NCBI GenBank assembly: GCA_951406725.2
Contig: OX597815.1
Coordinates: 85,746,001 to 85,810,000, forward strand
Reading direction: 5' to 3'
DNA length: 64,000 bases
DNA from: Octopus vulgaris
Taxonomy: Eukaryota
Below, piece after piece: positions 28,248 through 40,999 of this stretch; position 1 is the stretch's first letter, and each line of letters starts with the position of its first letter. Below the pieces are notes generated by a model that was not told where the DNA came from, did not search any database, and worked only from the letters and a program-made list of their open reading frames with translations. Made by a program: the position numbers and the translations under genes.

Positions 28248-28694
28248 ATATATATCTGTGTGTGTGTGTGTGTGTATGAGTGCTTATATGTGTATGTATT
28301 TGTAAACAAACACTTACTTTTAGTTAATATGAATACGAGAAGGAATCACAGTATTTTTAAAGCATGATACTGAGTATTCTAGATATATTTGCAGCTGCAT
28401 ATATGCCATTGGATATATGGAATTACAAAGTATATGTTACCACTATGATAAACATAACTGTAATAATTTTATTATTCATGAGCTTCTCTCTAGTTATGTT
28501 GGTTATTGTTTCTGACAGCAGGAAAAGACCACAAACATGGCGGAAGAATATTGTCGATTATATTGACCCCAGTACTTGAATGGTACTTATATCGATACGA
28601 GAATGATGAAAGGTGAAGTTCGTTTTGGCAGATTTCGAACAAAGAATGGCAATAGACATAAGTAAATACTGCCATGCTATTAATCTGACGGAAG

Positions 28695-28978
28695 GTGCGA
28701 CTTAGTGTTTAGGGTAATAGGCTCACGATTGTAAGTGACTTCGATTCCCGGTAGCGCGTTGCTCCAGTTCATTCAGCTGCCAAAAATATGTTGTACCTGT
28801 AATTCAAAGGGGCAGCCTTGTCACATTCTGTGTCACGCTGAATTTCGCAGAGAACTATGTTAAGGGTATGCGCGTGGCCGTGGAGTGTTCAGCCACTTGC
28901 ACGTTAATTTCACGAGCAGGCTGTTCCGTTGATCGGACCAACTGGAACCCTCGTCGTCGTAACCGACGGAGTGCCAGT
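28695..28978 (+). mobile_element. tRNA-derived SINE (family C-like head)
   Basis: GACTTAGTGTTTAGGGTA..GGCTCACGATTGTAAG..TTCGATTCCC head followed by GTTGCTCCAGTTCATTCAGCTG. Confidence 0.55.
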
Positions 28979-30311
28979 TATTTATCTGACGCTTAGTAAA
29001 CTCTATCAATCGATCGCCCTTTACGTATGTGAACTACTTCATTAAAGAAAGCGTGTATTTCATAACTAGAAATTCGCTTTTGCAGATATTACTAGATTAA
29101 ATCACCAATTGTTGGTCATCCTCGATAACGAATAACCAAGTAAAAATGATGAACATTAGTAATTTATTGCTAGTCTATTCTCCTCTACACAGACTGAAAT
29201 TAGAGATGAAACAGATTTAAACAAAAAGCAATACCTACTGACAAGCGGATCTATATGACCGAATACTATATATTCGTCTATATACTTTTGTTTTAGAGCC
29301 TTTCTGAAAACTATTTTCCATTTCGCTCCTTACTAATGTTATCTTAAATGCACTCGTAATCGGCATATGATGTGTCGTTGAGTTGTATGTGATGCGAGAA
29401 ACTCAGTTTCGGAGTCAACTGGTTAGTATTAAGAATATCTATGGAGATAAATGTTTAACATTTTCTGAAGACAGATAGCGACAAACCTGGTCGTGTTTGG
29501 CATCCTATTATAACGCATTAATTAGTAGAAATTGTACATTTGCATTAGAATTCTATAGATCACACTTTAAAGAATGATCATGAATAAGTGTAAAAGCTAA
29601 TTTGTTTAATAGCTAATTTCAAACTATTTGAAGAACATAATTATTATAATAAAATATCAGCCGTAAAAGCTTTCATTGCATGTTTTGAATTATCGATGCT
29701 AGCCCAAACTAAAAACAAAAACCAAATAAAATTGTTACCTGAATAAAGTTATGTATGAAATAAGCTGTGTATCATATGAATTAAGCATATTTTGTGTTAT
29801 ATGTGACATAAATATTAAAATTTTACACAGTAGACTAACATTCTCGCCAATATTCAGGAAAGGCGCTATAGTACGAGATGTGGTAAGCTGATTGAGAATG
29901 GTACTTTGTGCACAATAGATTTGTGTCTTATTCAAGAAGTGGTTACCCATATACATATTCCATTTATACCAGCGAAAATCCTTTGTAAATCTTTATCTAT
30001 ATAGAAACTCTTCGTTCTATTATCCAAGCAGGTTTGACAAAAAATAAGGTGTCATAATTTTGATATTTTCCTAACTTGCAATGAGAGTCACCGTTTACTT
30101 AACTTTCACTTTTTATATATCAGTATAGCGATAATAAATGGCGATATTTAGTAATTTGTGTGGCCGAGGAACATCACGGAACACCCATTAAGTATGTGGA
30201 TATATCTACAAATCTTTCTAGCTGGATCTGAAACGATGTTTAAACCTGTCTGTGTGGTATAGAAATTTCCTTTGCAGTCACACTTTCACACACATACAAT
30301 TAAATACAGAC

Positions 30312-30373
<62 letters not shown>

Positions 30374-30921
30374 AATAACCTTCCAAATCTGTTTTGACAG
30401 AATCTTTTTCCTTCAGCTGGATAACGACAACTGACAAAACATTAACTCAGACAAAATTTATATATATGTATATAGAACATGATCTAATTTTTATTAAAGG
30501 CAGTGCTCCAGTATGGCCGCAGTCAAATAACTGAGATAAGTAAAAATAAAAATATACGCACACACATACACATACAATACTTAGATTACATCATGACAAA
30601 AATCTGCCATCATCAGGCAATAATTTTAAACACTCAGATAGCTCGGTACAGAGTTTAAGTTGACCAGCTTGCTATGTGCTTAGCACCTTGCTTAGTACAT
30701 AGCAAACTGGTCCGCTTGCATCATACATCCAGCTAACGACAACTGAATATTACAAGCCCAGTATCCGGCCTTTTCTGATGATCGCAGATTTTTGTCATGA
30801 TGTAATCGAAGTATTCATCAATAAAACGCTGCTGAAACACCTGTTGTGAAATTTTAAACTCTCCTTGTGTTCTATGTATGTGTATGTGTGTATGTATTCT
30901 TTTATTTTTACTTATTTCAGT

Positions 30922-30922
30922 T

Positions 30923-30997
<75 letters not shown>

Positions 30998-31058
30998 TTC
31001 TTCTTCTTCTTCTTCTTCTTCTTCTTCTTCTTCTTCTTCTTCTTCTTCTTCTTCTTCA
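30922..31058. repeat. Compound (ATC)n(TTC)n microsatellite
   Basis: Directly visible. Explains the poly-H/S/I/E/D/K/M pseudo-ORFs. Confidence 0.95.
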
Positions 31059-31216
31059 TATTTGTTAGGTGGTATGATTTCTTGTTTGTATTTGTAAACA
31101 AGTGAGAGAGAAACAGGTAGAAACAAGGAACATGGCACTTGTATTTGAACACTATACAAATATTCTTTTAAAAAACTTTTGTTTTAATTTTTCCAAAATT
31201 TAATTGCTGTCAATAC

Positions 31217-31258
31217 TTACAGTTGAAAAAGTCTCAATGTCTGAAACCGGTACTGAAA
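31217..31258 (+). ncRNA. Degenerate minimal hammerhead motif
   Basis: TTACAG-TTGAAAA-AGTC-TCAAT-GTCT-GAAA-CCGG-TA-CTGAAA. Palindromic ACCGGT helix III, CAG/CTG helix I, and two transitions in CUGANGA. Confidence 0.4.
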
Positions 31259-31343
31259 TTATTTTAGCATTTTCTATCTTGACTCTTTTTCCATATATAT
31301 CAACTCGTGTGTTCCTTTTCAACCTTCTACACACACACACACA

Positions 31344-31390
<47 letters not shown>

Positions 31391-31402
31391 GCACACACAC
31401 AG

Positions 31403-31444
<42 letters not shown>

Positions 31445-31490
31445 ATATATACAGTGATTCCTCACTACTTCGCGGTTCAACTATCACGGA

Positions 31491-31548
<58 letters not shown>

Positions 31549-31703
31549 GTTGTATACAGTCAACTTAACGTGGCAGTAAGGGAATTACACCACCGCTGTT
31601 TAGCCCTAGGAAGTATCGACGCTTCCTGTCGGCCTCGACACATTTCCTGTGTCCTTATATATTTACGAAGGGGAGACAAATACCCCCAACAGCTAGGCCT
31701 GCA

Positions 31704-31750
31704 TCTAGAGACACGCATGTTTCAGGGTATTTGCCCATCATCGGTCTAGA
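31704..31750 (-). ncRNA. Type I hammerhead-like motif (CCGAUGA core variant), left arm
   Basis: Minus strand: TCTAGA-CCGATGA-TGGG-CAAATA-CCCT-GAAAC-ATGCGT-GTC-TCTAGA. Confidence 0.65.
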
Positions 31751-31833
31751 GTAGCAGAGGCCTGCTAGCTGAAGATATCTGTCCAGACCTCGTAAATATA
31801 TATATATATCTTCAGCTAGCAGGCCTCTGCTAC

Positions 31834-31880
31834 TCTAGACCGATGATGGACAAAGACCCTGAAACATGCGTGTCTCTAGA
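31834..31880 (+). ncRNA. Type I hammerhead-like motif (CCGAUGA core variant), right arm
   Basis: TCTAGA-CCGATGA-TGGACAAAGACCCT-GAAAC-ATGCGT-GTC-TCTAGA. Predicted cleavage after C31874. Confidence 0.6.
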
Positions 31881-32081
31881 TGCAAGCCTAGCTGTTGGGG
31901 GTATTTGTCTCCCCCTCGTAAGTATATAAGGACACAGGAAATGTGTCGAGGCCGACAGGAAGCGTCGATGCTTCCTAGGGCTAAACAGCGGTGGTGTAAT
32001 TCCCTTACTGCCACGTTAAGTTGACAGTATGCAACCACTCTATCGCCCCACCACCGTACATATCTCTATGAGATATTTAGA

Positions 32082-32117
<36 letters not shown>

Positions 32118-32488
32118 ATATATATATATGAAAACCTAAACTTTTTTTATTAAATCCATGAAAATATTAATAATAAATATCATTTTCCAGTCTAGGAACA
32201 ACAAAACAAGCGTAAAATAGCAAAAAAGCATATACAGGGGTATTTGAACTTAAGACGGGCTGTGATTGCTGCAATGGAGAGAGACGACGAATCACAGCTT
32301 TCTATTTTGTAATCTGGCCTGTGATTGGTGTTTTGACCGATGCTCAGATCTGCAGCATCTTTCCTTGTCTCTCTCTTGCGGCCATTTCGCTTCAAGCTTT
32401 CTCGCCGAGTGGTTTACTGTACTACTTCACGATGTGCTGTGTGTGATTTTTTTTTCTTTGCATTGAACTTTGCGTTTTCATCCCTGCA

Positions 32489-33355
32489 ATGGCTCCCAAG
32501 CGTGCTGCTTTTTCCAAGGCTGGTACTGAGCCTAAACGCAAACGAAGAATGATGATGATCGCTGAGAAGGTGAAACTTCTGGATATGTTGAAGGAAGGGA
32601 AAACTTTCGCTACCGTAGCCCGCCATTTTAGCGTGAACGAATCCACCGTTCGCTACATCAAGAGGGACGAGGCTAACATTAGGAAGACGGCTGCCATCAC
32701 CTTTGATATGTCGGCGAAGAGAGTGGTTATGGCTCGTAATAAAACTATCATCAGTATGGAAGCTGCTTTGGCCTTATGGAAAGCCGACTGCCAAAAGAAG
32801 AACATAGCCTTGGATACGAACATCATCCAAACAAAGGCTAGGAGCTTGTACGAGACTTTCACCGTTAAGGAACCTGAGGACGGCAGTGGCGACCACGAAG
32901 AAGAGGAAAAAGAAGAAGACGGCGTAGAAGATCCGCAACCAGGTACGTCCAGGGATTTACAACCTAAAAAACGTCCTTTTTCTGCTAGCAAAGGTGGTTT
33001 GTTAAGTTTCAGAAACGCTTCCGCCTAAAAAGCGTTTCCCTGCATGGCGAGGCTGCTTCTGTTGACCACGAGCGCTGCTGAAACATACGTGAATGAAATT
33101 TTCAAGAAGATTGTCTCCGAATGTGGATATAAGCCCGAACGAGTTTCTAATATGGACGAGACGGGCTTGTTTTGGAAAAGAATGCCGTTGCAAAATTTCC
33201 TGCTCAAAGAGGAAGCAAAAGCCTCTGGCTTTAAAGCATTCAAGGATCGTGTGACCCTCGTGATGTGTGGCAATGTTGCGGGATTTTTGTTAAAGCCAGG
33301 ACTTATTTACATGTCTAAAAACCCAAGGACTTTAAGAAACAAAAACAAGAATCTG
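32489..33355 (+). pseudogene. Tigger-type (CENP-B HTH + partial DDE) transposase, frameshifted and truncated
   Basis: IAEKVKLLDML..VNESTVRYIK, FSASKG, frameshifts near 33000-33050, then NMDETGLFWKRMP and KDRVTLVMCGNVAG. The rest of the DDE domain is missing. Confidence 0.9.
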
Positions 33356-33724
33356 CTGCTACTACTACGGTTGCACCTTCGGAAGAAGTGGAAGAAGTGT
33401 CCCAGGAAAGGGCACCGCCGTAAGCTTCATAATCATCATTTCTACTGCGCAGCAAATTCATCACCATTATCATTCAAATTTTACTTCAACTTCTTTCGTG
33501 TTGAGTACAGTAACAATCTTTATTTAAAGTGTTATTGCTTAACAGTTGTCCTTGTTATTAATAGACTACTGTAATGAGTGGGTCAACAGTACAGGGAGGT
33601 TTTTAAAAGTCCAAATACACGTTAAATAAATACTGTAAATATGGTGTCCCTACTTCGCGGAAGTTCAGTTATCGCGGCCGGTCTCGGAATCAATCTACCG
33701 CAATAAACGAGGTATCACTGTGTA

Positions 33725-33777
<53 letters not shown>

Positions 33778-33814
33778 AATTTATATTCTTTTATTCGTTT
33801 CTTTTATTTCTTTA

Positions 33815-34043
33815 TTTGTTTCATTTATGTGACTGCGGTCATGCTGGGGCACCGCCTTGAATTTTTAGTCGAATGAATCGATTCCAGTACTGACATTTTT
33901 TTAAAGACAGGTACTTATTCTATCGGTGACTTTTGCCGAACCGTTAAGTTACCAACACCTGTTGTCAAGCGGTGCTGGGAGACAAACACAGACTCAAAAT
34001 ACAAACTCTCCTTCTCTCTCTCTCACACACACACACACAAACA

Positions 34044-34130
<87 letters not shown>

Positions 34131-34298
34131 ACACACACGACAGGTTTCTTTTAGTTTCACGCACGATATTAGTGTTACAGACAGCAGTCAACCGCGAAGC
34201 TAGTGGAAGACTCTTGCCCAAGATGCCACGCAGTGGGACTGAACCCGGAAACATGCAGTTGGGAAGCAAGTATCTTACCACACAGCCACTCCAGCGCC
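33815..34298 (-). mobile_element. SINE family B with long internal (CA)n
   Basis: Tail GACTGCGGTCATGCTGGGGCACCGCC and head TTACCACACAGCCACTCCAGCGCC as reverse complement. Confidence 0.85.
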
Positions 34299-34389
34299 TA
34301 TTGTGTATTTGGAATTACTTTATTAATCTAGTTTACTTCTTATGATAAACGGGTATAATTTGGGAGAGAGAACGTAAAAGAAAGAGAGA

Positions 34390-34426
<37 letters not shown>

Positions 34427-35119
34427 GTCAGAGAAAGAGTGGAAGGGAGGGAGAGATTTTCTGCTATTTCTAGACGGTAGAAAGAACGGGTAGAAATAAT
34501 TTCTTTTGTTGTGTTGTATATCTCATTGATTGAAGACTAGTTAGGTGACCACTCTACAAAGTAATACGTTTATCTTATCTTACATCAAGTCTATTCACAT
34601 TTCATTAGTAATATCTGTTAGCACATATATCACTGCGACAACGAATCTGCCTTTGTCACACAACGGTTCTGCAACTGAAATAACAAAGATTAATTTTACT
34701 ACTTCATCCTCCCATTTAAACTCATCCATTTGAAGAGGTAAGGATAATCTATCTATCTTCACTTTGATCTACCATGTCGAGCAGTTGCTTAAGTTTTCTA
34801 ATGCCTTTATTTATTACGTATACGCACGCTCGTGCAGCAACGCACACATCGGTGCGAACATATACACGCACCCACATATTATTGGATTATGTAGGGTCAT
34901 AGACCTCAAGAATTCTGTTTGATCATAACAACCCCGTTAATATTTCAGTTTCTTTCTTATGTTTCCAACTAGGTTTGTCGAATGGCAGGTTAGGAACCAT
35001 ACAAAGTCATCAGCTTGAACAACACAGGCATTAGACCGTAAAAATAAACTCACAATACATATATAAATACATACATACATACATAAATACATACATACAA
35101 ACATACATACAAATATAAA

Positions 35120-35450
35120 TCTTGAGAAATTAGGCTTCTCAGAATTAGAAAAGAGAAAGCTGACTCAAAGACTACAAATCCAAGCCATCACTGGAATTGT
35201 AAAAATCTGTAAAACTTTCCAGAAGTGTATCATTTAAGTATCTATGAGCGTGTCTAGACATGCGACTACATGCATGAGAGTAGATACATAAAACAAAGCA
35301 TATAAATCTGCACATATACATACATACGTACATGAATATCCTGTTGGTGTTGTTGAAATTCCAATGACCTTCATTGGAATCTAGACTGGGTCTAGGTTAG
35401 AAGCCGACTCTTTATTGGCAAGAAATCTTGAAATAAAACTGAATAATGAC
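35120..35450 (+). mobile_element. 3' end of an R4/Dong-like LINE inside a (CATA)n tract
   Basis: LEKLGFSELEKRKLTQRLQIQAITGIVKICKTF resembles the C-terminus of restriction-like-endonuclease LINEs. Followed by a UTR with AATAAA and flanked by ATAC repeats. Confidence 0.55.
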
Positions 35451-35569
35451 ATGCATACATACATATATACATACATACTCACGTCACGAAGACACAAAAG
35501 TGCTTACAACATTCTCATAGACCATTGGCATGGAGGTGGGTCAGGTTAATTATTCATATTTAGTAATCA

Positions 35570-35880
35570 AACAAGGCGAATTTGTCAATCAGTCAAGGGG
35601 AGTATAATGACGTATTTTTCGCTTCTACCAGATGAATATTACAAATACCTCGGTCTCAACATAAATATTGGTGCTATAAGTAAAGCTAAAGTGAAAAGTA
35701 CTTCAGCAGATTCCAGACGGTACTGAAGTTGAAGCTGACTAAATTCTATAAAACTATATTCTAAAAGCTTTCGGAATGCCTGTACTAGTATCAGTTATTG
35801 GGAAATATTAGAACGATTTCTAGAAAAGTTTAGAAAGGCTGTGGACAATTATCTCGAAACTAAGGCAAGACAGATATGTT
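35570..35880 (+). pseudogene. Degraded R4/Dong-like RT thumb fragment
   Basis: PDEYYKYLGLN ... KAFGMPVLVSVIG resembles the YKYLG ... FAxPVLxYSFG segment. Confidence 0.45.
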
Positions 35881-36092
35881 CTGTCGATTCTGAAAGGATA
35901 GAATACGGTAATCTTGTAAATTTTCATTTCAAAATGAAAGAGACATAATTGTTTCATGGTATTTTCCTCCTACTACCGAGTCTACCCATACATGCGTTTC
36001 TCTTTGATTTTCAGTTGCCACGAGATCACAAAGTCATCGACGTGTATAGTCACAAATATATATAAAGGAGTCTAGTCACAAAGCTATCAAAA

Positions 36093-36294
36093 TGTTTCAT
36101 ATAAAAATCGTTCCTTTCACTTTTCCTTTTCCGAAAGGTGGAGGAAAAAGAAAATACTGCATCCGTGTTTTCATTGAAGGATGTATCTGATACACAGAAA
36201 CATCCTTCAATGAACACATGGATGCAGTATTTTCTTTTTCATCCGCCTTTCGGAAAAGGAAAAGTGAAAGGAATTAACAATATTATATGAAACA
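36093..36294. repeat. Near-perfect palindrome (79-bp core stem, 5-nt loop)
   Basis: 36111-36189 pairs with 36195-36273, extended by TGTTTCATATA/TATATGAAACA. Confidence 0.92.
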
Positions 36295-37489
36295 AACGAA
36301 GCACTAAAATACAAATGTGAAACTGCTGCGAATAGTTACCGTCAAATAGCAAGATTATCAAAGGGAGGAGGCTTAAAGTTGTCAGGGAGTTTAATCATAA
36401 CGTTGGCTATGTTAACCACATCAAGAAATATAGTTACAAAATTAACAAGCAGTTAAAAGGCAATGAAGGAGTTTAATCATAAAGCTTTCAAGATGCATTA
36501 TTATCAAGGAGCATAGTCGATATTTTTCTATTTCATTATACTACGTGTACTTATTTTATCGACTCCATTTGGAATGGAAAAGAAAGTAACTCCTAGTGTA
36601 GAAAAGTTGGATTAATCTCCATTGTCTTTGAATATGCTGAGGACATTTTGACAGGTTTGCAAGGGAAGGACCAACAACATAATGACATCTTTGTTGTATC
36701 ATTTAGTATTAAGGTAACCTGTTTCAAATATATAGACTTCTTATAAGGTTATATTCATCATAATTTTGGTTTCATTTCACCATATATTTTAGAAAATGGT
36801 GGCTCTGGAATTCATTCATTTCTTTTAAAATGTATAGCCATAATTCAAGTAGAATGGTATACCGTACAAAGCGATTGAAACTACATTGTAGAAGTTTTGC
36901 TCACTGGAAACCATCTATTGTTTAACAGCTCTCTCTGCATTATGTTATTAATAATATTGCTTTTTTTTTTAACATCAGCACAGCATACCTATGATTTAGA
37001 AGAAGGGAAATACGAGATTGTGGCGTCACGCTCTTTCAAAGGGCATTAACTATAAAAATGAAGTGAAGCGAAAAAGCTTCAACGAGATATTGGAACGGCG
37101 TCGCGGAAAAATTTTAATCGAGAAATTATCTCTTGCATTACAGCAATCAGTAAGTTATGTAACTAGTAATATTGAATTCCAAGATACTAAAAGAACAAAA
37201 TTCTCGAAAGACGAAATTAAATAGCTAAAAATATCCAGACTTGCAGCAGCGAATATAGATTATATCTTCTAATACTTTCAAATTCTATTCAGCATCTTCA
37301 TTTAAGTATGATATAAAATGATTAAATAAAGCAGATATACGAGAAAAGTCTTATCTATAAAATTGGATTCGAACAAATTATACTAAATACATTTTAAAAT
37401 AAGGTGAAATACAATCTTTCAGTTGCTATAGAAATTATATTTTTTTTGCCACTTGACGGTTGTCACTCGTAGTCCGAAAAAGACAGTTC

Positions 37490-37742
37490 TGCAATTTCTT
37501 GCTGAACAACCTGCACACATGGTTTATAGTGGTCAGATGATTGTACTGTACATTAGCTCATTCCCTCCATGAAATCGACGTTTCTTGAACAGGTGCACAG
37601 TGTACCGTTCGTCAGGTGAGGGAGTGATCGTAGAGTGACGTGAGATGTGTTTTGCTCAAGTACACTATGCATCCACCTGTCCAGAAATTGAAACCAGGAC
37701 CTCACGATCGTGAGTGTAAAATCCTAACCACTAGGCCATGCA
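37490..37742 (-). mobile_element. SINE family C-like copy
   Basis: Minus strand GCATGGCCTAGTGGTTAGG..CACTCACGATCGTGAGGTCCTGGTTTCAATT..CTTGAGCAAAACAC. Confidence 0.65.
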
Positions 37743-40039
37743 TCCTCACACCATTTAGAATAATGCTATGTTTAAAACATAATATTAGTGTCACAGACAG
37801 CAGAGTCAACCGGCTATCGATCTTCCAGCTGAAGGATTATTGGTTGGTCTATTATCATTACACCGCGCAGTGTCTATAGTCCAAGTACTTAACATTTCGT
37901 TGTCAATGCTAAAAGGTTATCATAAGAGATATATTGTTTACGATACCTAGCAGGGTAACTAGCGTTGATTTCTGATTTAGACACAAAACCATAACTTTAG
38001 TGATAATATTGAAATCAATACTTGAATAGTAACTTATTTTACCCACCTCGACAGAATTTAAATTCAAAACCTAAAGGGTCGCAACTAAATACTACATATA
38101 GTTTTGACTGTGAACCTTAACAATGTTGCCGTTCTTCTGTTTTACTGGATTTAAATCAATCATTGAGACTTTTATGAGATCTGTGGAGAATTATGAATTG
38201 AGCTCAAATTCTCCAAAGGTAATATGAACCCAATAGATCACAGAAAATCCTTCAGATTTATTAGGCTCATCTACAAATCAGCTTTTTACCTTATATAAGT
38301 TTTATATTCTAAACTTTATACTTAAGTTTGCTTCTCTAGCTGATAGGGGAGTAGGGATACTGTAAAACCGACAGAATGCCGACCAAAGGTGCTCTGTGTT
38401 ATTAAATTATGCCCTTTTGTGATTTGGACTTCATTGGATATGGTGTAGATAAAATAAACCTATTTTTTATAGTAAAAATGAGACAAGCAATGATGAAGAT
38501 CATTCCAAGTTTTCTCAAATAGATGCGACATTTACAATCATTCTTAGTATCATCATCTGCACGTTGGTAGAATGGCAGAATCAGTAGAGCGGTGGGCAAA
38601 CAGCCTTGCAGAGTTCAAATCCATATTAGGACTATTTTGCCTCTCATAACTTTTATAAATAAAAACAAATACTAGGGTCAGTGTAACAGACTATTCCTAT
38701 CAGCCAAATTTCAGGTTTTATGCCCATGTTAGAAACAGTTATTACTGTAGTATCACATCTAACAACCTGCTTCTCTTCTCAGACTAAACACACATTAACT
38801 ATGCAGCAATGAGAAAATTTCATTCAACAGATGAAATACGTCGCTTCTTTACTTTTGCAATTCAAAAGAGATTACTTATGTTGAAATTTTCAACAGCCTC
38901 TAGCAAGGAAAATGAATCGAAACTAAAATAACAAAATAGAAAAACAGATTTAACGAATAATCAATACTCTGAGGCGTGCCCTTCAACAAAAACTGTTCCA
39001 GGCACAAGAAATTGCCTGGAAAACCATTAATGTAAAATAGCTAAAAGATGATTGTCAACGAAAGATTAAAACTGAACTAAATGGTACAGATTTGACATAT
39101 ATTTAATGGAAACTTAATTGGATATTTAAGATGGTTCTTGGTCATCATTGAGAAGAACCAGAACAAGATTTCAAAAGTATTTATGGAGACAACAAAAAAA
39201 AAAAAAAACGAAAGAAACCCCAAAATATCTTTATGAAATATGAGCATGATGTCCGTAAAGCAAGTCTTTCGTAATTTCTTTTCTTCTTTTTGGAGCGAAA
39301 TAGCGATAGCAGCAGTAGCAGAAACAGGATGGTGATGATGATGACGTTACCAAAGACGTGTAATTCTAAATAGTATGCCAAAATATCCATTCATATTTTG
39401 AAATATGGAAGAAGCGGAGAAAATGAAAGTGTGGATTTGCAATATTTCGACGTCTTTTTATTTTTTTTACAGTCGATTGCAGATAAATGCATTGATTCAC
39501 AGCTATGATGTATAATAATGTACATTGTCATGGGAATGATGCAAGCATTATTTTTCATGGGCTTATATCAAAAAGTAGAGATTAGTTGACAAATTCCTAG
39601 CGATATTAGGCATATCTAAGTTTGTAAAATAGTTAAAACAAAAAGAAAATTGAACCAATTACACTGTCTTGTTAATAACACAAAGCCGTGTCATTTTTGA
39701 TGTCGTTGTAGTTATTCAGTGATAGAACAAACAGGTAGAAAGACAGATTCAATACATCGTTATATTTTACATTCGAACCCTCACGTTCTGATATCAATTA
39801 CTGGCAAAGTGAATTTTCGTAAAATACGTGATCGACTTAATCAATTACAAAGTCACGACCAAATGTCTGCACTTTGCTTATCAATGAGATGTTGATGTCA
39901 CTTCTTCGGGGGTCAATTTAGGTGTCGCTGGAAGCATCAACGTGGAAACATCAACAATAGATATAACGAAATCGTTAAAAGCAACAACAACAGTTACAAC
40001 AACCTGAAAATCAGCAGCAACAAAGGAACAAAGATTGTA

Positions 40040-40810
40040 GTACATCATAGCGGGGATAGGAAGTTAGCCTGACTTCGGTGGAGGCCCTGTTTAATCTGAA
40101 TAATTCAGAAGCTTTCGATAGAACGAACTTTCTCCATTTGACTGCCGCCCTGAAAGCGCCCAGTTTCTGATCCATATTCAGTGGTTATTTCGTAGAAATG
40201 TACAGTTCATTGATAAGTAGGCTGAGAAAATGTCGACATGGAATCATTTTATACGGCACGCTCGGTTCGTCGAGAGTGTCTTCTCTCACCTCTTCTTTAA
40301 CATGCTGGACCTCCAGCCGTTGATGCAGGAGATAAAAGTATTGAGGAGGATATCACTTTCGAGTTAGTACGCCGAAGGGCCATAGCAGTGTATGTATATG
40401 ATGTCACCGTAATGACGTCGCATACCACTGAGGTGAATGGCACCATTCTAAAATAATTTGACATGATGGTAGATATAAAGGCAAATCCTCATAAGTGGGT
40501 GGGCTTAAAGGTCGGCCTCTAATGAGGCAGGCCCATTCTGTTGAACAGTGTCATGTATCACAGAACAAACGGATTGGTCAAATTGCTCGTGATCTGATTT
40601 GTTTCCTACCTCGAGAGGATCAAATCTGGGATGACGTTACGAGCAAGGTGGCTTGCCTTACCAGGAATGAGCCAAGAAGATGGACGCATTTCATTAGTGG
40701 TGTGATTCATCTGCTGTATATACCTTCTGCAAAGTTGGTTCAGCATGCTGTAGTTGTTGATGTACAGACATATTCGAGGGCTGTTTCACCTACAGAGCAT
40801 TATAGGTGAC
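40040..40810 (+). pseudogene. L1/Tx1-clade LINE reverse transcriptase remnant
   Basis: ALFNLNNSEAFDRTNF (DxxKAFDRV box), RSVRRECLLSPLL (RQGCPLSPLL box), VYVYDVTV (YADD box), WDDVTSKV. Confidence 0.7.
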
Positions 40811-40958
40811 CGGTTTAGTCTCCGTTTGTAAATCACATTTCCACCTAGCTAATCTCTTTGACAAACTGAGATACGGATTTATTAACCTCCAAAAGAAAGC
40901 TGAAATTCATATCTTTGTTGGTGGGGGAAGAGGAGAATGACCGAAACACACACACAGA

Positions 40959-40999
<41 letters not shown>

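Larger units (their letters stand above)
31548..32036. repeat. Near-perfect inverted repeat (about 231-bp arms, about 27-bp spacer) of a Penelope-like pLTR
   Basis: 31548-31778 is the reverse complement of 31806-32036 with scattered substitutions. Each arm has an HHR motif. Confidence 0.9.
31452..33720 (+). mobile_element. Tigger/pogo DNA transposon, internally deleted, carrying a nested insertion
   Basis: TIRs CAGTGATTCCTC..GCGG / CCGC..GAGGTATCACTG, with TA on the left and TG on the right. Transposase remnant inside. Confidence 0.9.

Noticed and set aside
30733-31159. Poly-E/D, poly-H/L and poly-S ORFs
   Set aside because: Compound trinucleotide microsatellite that is open in many frames.
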